DNA of 64,000 nt from NCBI GenBank assembly GCA_963664325.2, contig CAXXDQ010000007.1:192001-256000 (forward strand), written 5' to 3'. How positions within the stretch are numbered: position 1 is the first letter of the stretch; every line of letters starts with the position of its first letter. Source of the DNA: Desulfomonilia bacterium (lineage in GTDB: Bacteria > Desulfobacterota > Desulfomonilia > UBA1062). Both the position numbers and the translations under genes were made by a program. This document shows positions 62,213 through 64,000 of this stretch, in pieces. The notes under the pieces are model-generated. The model did not search any database. It was not told where the DNA came from and saw only the letters and a list, made by a program, of their open reading frames with translations.

Positions 62213-63557
62213 AAAGGTCATTTCTCCCTTTGATATCCTCGACATCGATACCTCTTTTCAAGAGACTCATCTTTCGCAATTCATAATATGCCAAACCGGT
62301 TACTGCAAAGAGCAGGAAAAACACTATCTTTTTCCAGTCCTTGAGGTCTGCAATTATTACAAGACTGAAGAATCCCACCATAATAAACCCGATAACAGGG
62401 CAAAGCCATATCCAGAATCCCTTCAGTTTGAAATACGCCTTTTCATAGGCCTCCGGATAAAGTCTTGGCAGTTTCATGGATGCTATCATTACAGGTACGA
62501 AAATTATCATTCCGCCGAGTGCCGAATAGGATGCAAGCGTTTCAATCGGGAGTTTCAGTGCCACGCCCAGCACTGAAAATATCCATATGATTGTCAGAAG
62601 CACATGTGCGGTGCCGAACCTTTTGTTGATGCCACCCATCCATGCCGGCGCAATGCCGTCTTTTATGATCATTAAAAGGCTTTTTGTCCCGATTATGAAC
62701 AGCGCATTGAGTGTTGTCAGGATTGCCAGGATGGCCCCGCATGAGATGAAAAATATAAAACCAGCATGACCGCATACGGATTTGCTTACCACACCCAGAG
62801 GATCTTTTACACTTGCAAGCTGGTTTAACGGAAGTGCGCCGGTTGTCGCTACCGCGACAAGAAGGTAAAGAACCGTCACTATAGGAAATGCAATAAACAA
62901 CGCCCTGGGAATAACCTTGCCCGGTTCCTTAATCTCGCCACCCAGCTCTATTATCCCGTTTGAACCCATATAGGTGAAAGTAAGCAGCGCAGTCCCGAGA
63001 AGGAGCTTCAGTATGCCTTTGTCAAACATGCCTGCAAAGTTTTCCGGATGGAAGTTCTCAAGACCCCTGACACCGAAAAAAACCATTGCCGCAATCAGGA
63101 GGATGACCATTACCCCCTGAATCCATGCGGCAAGTTCAATCCCGAGCAGGTTTATAATAAAGAAAAATGTAAGCAGCCCGATGGCTGCTAGTTCGATATT
63201 GAGCCCCGGCATGAACAATGAGGCATACTTCGCACAACTTATTGCATACAACGGGATCTGCCCGAAAAAAGAGGCGAGAATGTATACCCATATACCTGTA
63301 AATGCAAGTCTGGGCGATACCATGCGGCTCGGGTATTTGTAGTTTGCACCTGTACAGGGCATTGCCGAACCCAGCATGGCAATGGGGAGAACGCTTATGA
63401 TAACAGGTATGACTGCCAGTGCATAGGCAATCGGAAGCGCCGCCCCTGCAATTCCCAGAACGATTTCTGTGAATACGAACACACCTCCTCCGATTGTAAA
63501 ACCGACGGCAATGAATGTCACTGTCGGAAGACCAAGGACTCTTTTAAGTTCAGGCAT
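62205..63557 (-). CDS. APC-family amino acid permease
   Basis: LKRVLGL, GFTIGGGVF, ELGGEIKEPGKVIPRA, about 12 TMs. Confidence 0.92.
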   Translation of the reverse strand: MPELKRVLGLPTVTFIAVGFTIGGGVFVFTEIVLGIAGAALPIAYALAVIPVIISVLPIAMLGSAMPCTGANYKYPSRMVSPRLAFTGIWVYILASFFGQIPLYAISCAKYASLFMPGLNIELAAIGLLTFFFIINLLGIELAAWIQGVMVILLIAAMVFFGVRGLENFHPENFAGMFDKGILKLLLGTALLTFTYMGSNGIIELGGEIKEPGKVIPRALFIAFPIVTVLYLLVAVATTGALPLNQLASVKDPLGVVSKSVCGHAGFIFFISCGAILAILTTLNALFIIGTKSLLMIIKDGIAPAWMGGINKRFGTAHVLLTIIWIFSVLGVALKLPIETLASYSALGGMIIFVPVMIASMKLPRLYPEAYEKAYFKLKGFWIWLCPVIGFIMVGFFSLVIIADLKDWKKIVFFLLFAVTGLAYYELRKMSLLKRGIDVEDIKGRNDLYE

Positions 63558-63665
63558 TTGAACCTCCGTTTGCAGGAATATGCACTAATATTTCATAGCC
63601 GGTCAATTATATCTTTTTGCATGCCGTTATTGTAATATAATTACAAGACATGCTTGGAGGAGGTT

Positions 63666-64000
63666 ATGAATAAATTTATTGTCAGGCCCGAGGATACTGA
63701 ACTGATTGTAATTGATATCCAGGAAAGGCTTTTTGCTGCAATGGAAGAACAGTATAAACCTGCCCTTGTAAAAAACAATACCATCCTTATCAAGACTGCC
63801 AATACCTTCGGAATGCCGGTAGTGGTTTCAGAGCAGTATCCGAAAGGCTTAGGGCCAACGGTTACTGAATTGGCGGAACTGCTGGGCGGTGTACCCAAGA
63901 TCGAAAAACTTTATTTCAGCTGCTTCAGGGATGAAAATCTCAGAAAGGCCATTGAAGCTGCCGGGAAAAAGAACGTTATCGTAACCGGTATTGAAACGCA
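63666..64000 (+). CDS. Isochorismatase-family hydrolase (YcaC-like), truncated by the window end
   Basis: Not in the ORF track. MNKFIVRPEDTELIVIDIQERL...SEQYPKGLG...KLYFSC...VTGIET. GGAGG RBS. Confidence 0.9.
   Translation, partial: MNKFIVRPEDTELIVIDIQERLFAAMEEQYKPALVKNNTILIKTANTFGMPVVVSEQYPKGLGPTVTELAELLGGVPKIEKLYFSCFRDENLRKAIEAAGKKNVIVTGIET

Noticed and set aside
1-64000. CRISPR arrays, tRNA/rRNA genes, transposases, prophage or defence systems
   Set aside because: None recognised by eye. tRNAscan-SE, Infernal and CRISPR finders would be needed to exclude them formally.

Overview
Chromosomal window from an anaerobic Gram-negative bacterium. The gene content (Ahb-type siroheme decarboxylase, PAS-rich hybrid kinases, glycyl radical enzyme, FadL porins, sigma54 promoters) suggests a Desulfobacterota/deltaproteobacterial lineage, which is an inference. 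From left to right: lipid-modifying genes (PAP2, condensation-type acyltransferase, acyl-CoA ligase, PI-PLC-like lipoprotein), corA with a short leader ORF, a decaying arsR-arsE-arsF-arsG-acr3 operon, trxA, an ahb-like gene, three hybrid kinases (one frameshifted), hemL and a GH29/UroD-like/MFS/cupin operon. A housekeeping block follows (argJ, secA, pmbA, recN, nadK, rlmD, dedA, sigma factor, dnaB, rplI, rpsR, rpsF), then a right-hand accessory region. Top leads: (1) a co-oriented FadL-FadL-lipoprotein-TetR-glycyl radical enzyme-activase cluster headed by a sigma54 site, in which the GRE carries an N-terminal SCP2-like lipid-binding domain and an unfamiliar active site; (2) an unannotated 53-aa membrane-anchored candidate selenoprotein coupled to trxA, with an in-frame UGA and a SECIS-like hairpin; (3) two tandem exported HisC-fold proteins that both lack the catalytic PLP lysine. 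No rRNA, tRNA, CRISPR array or transposase was recognised. All family calls are by-eye motif recognition, not database searches.
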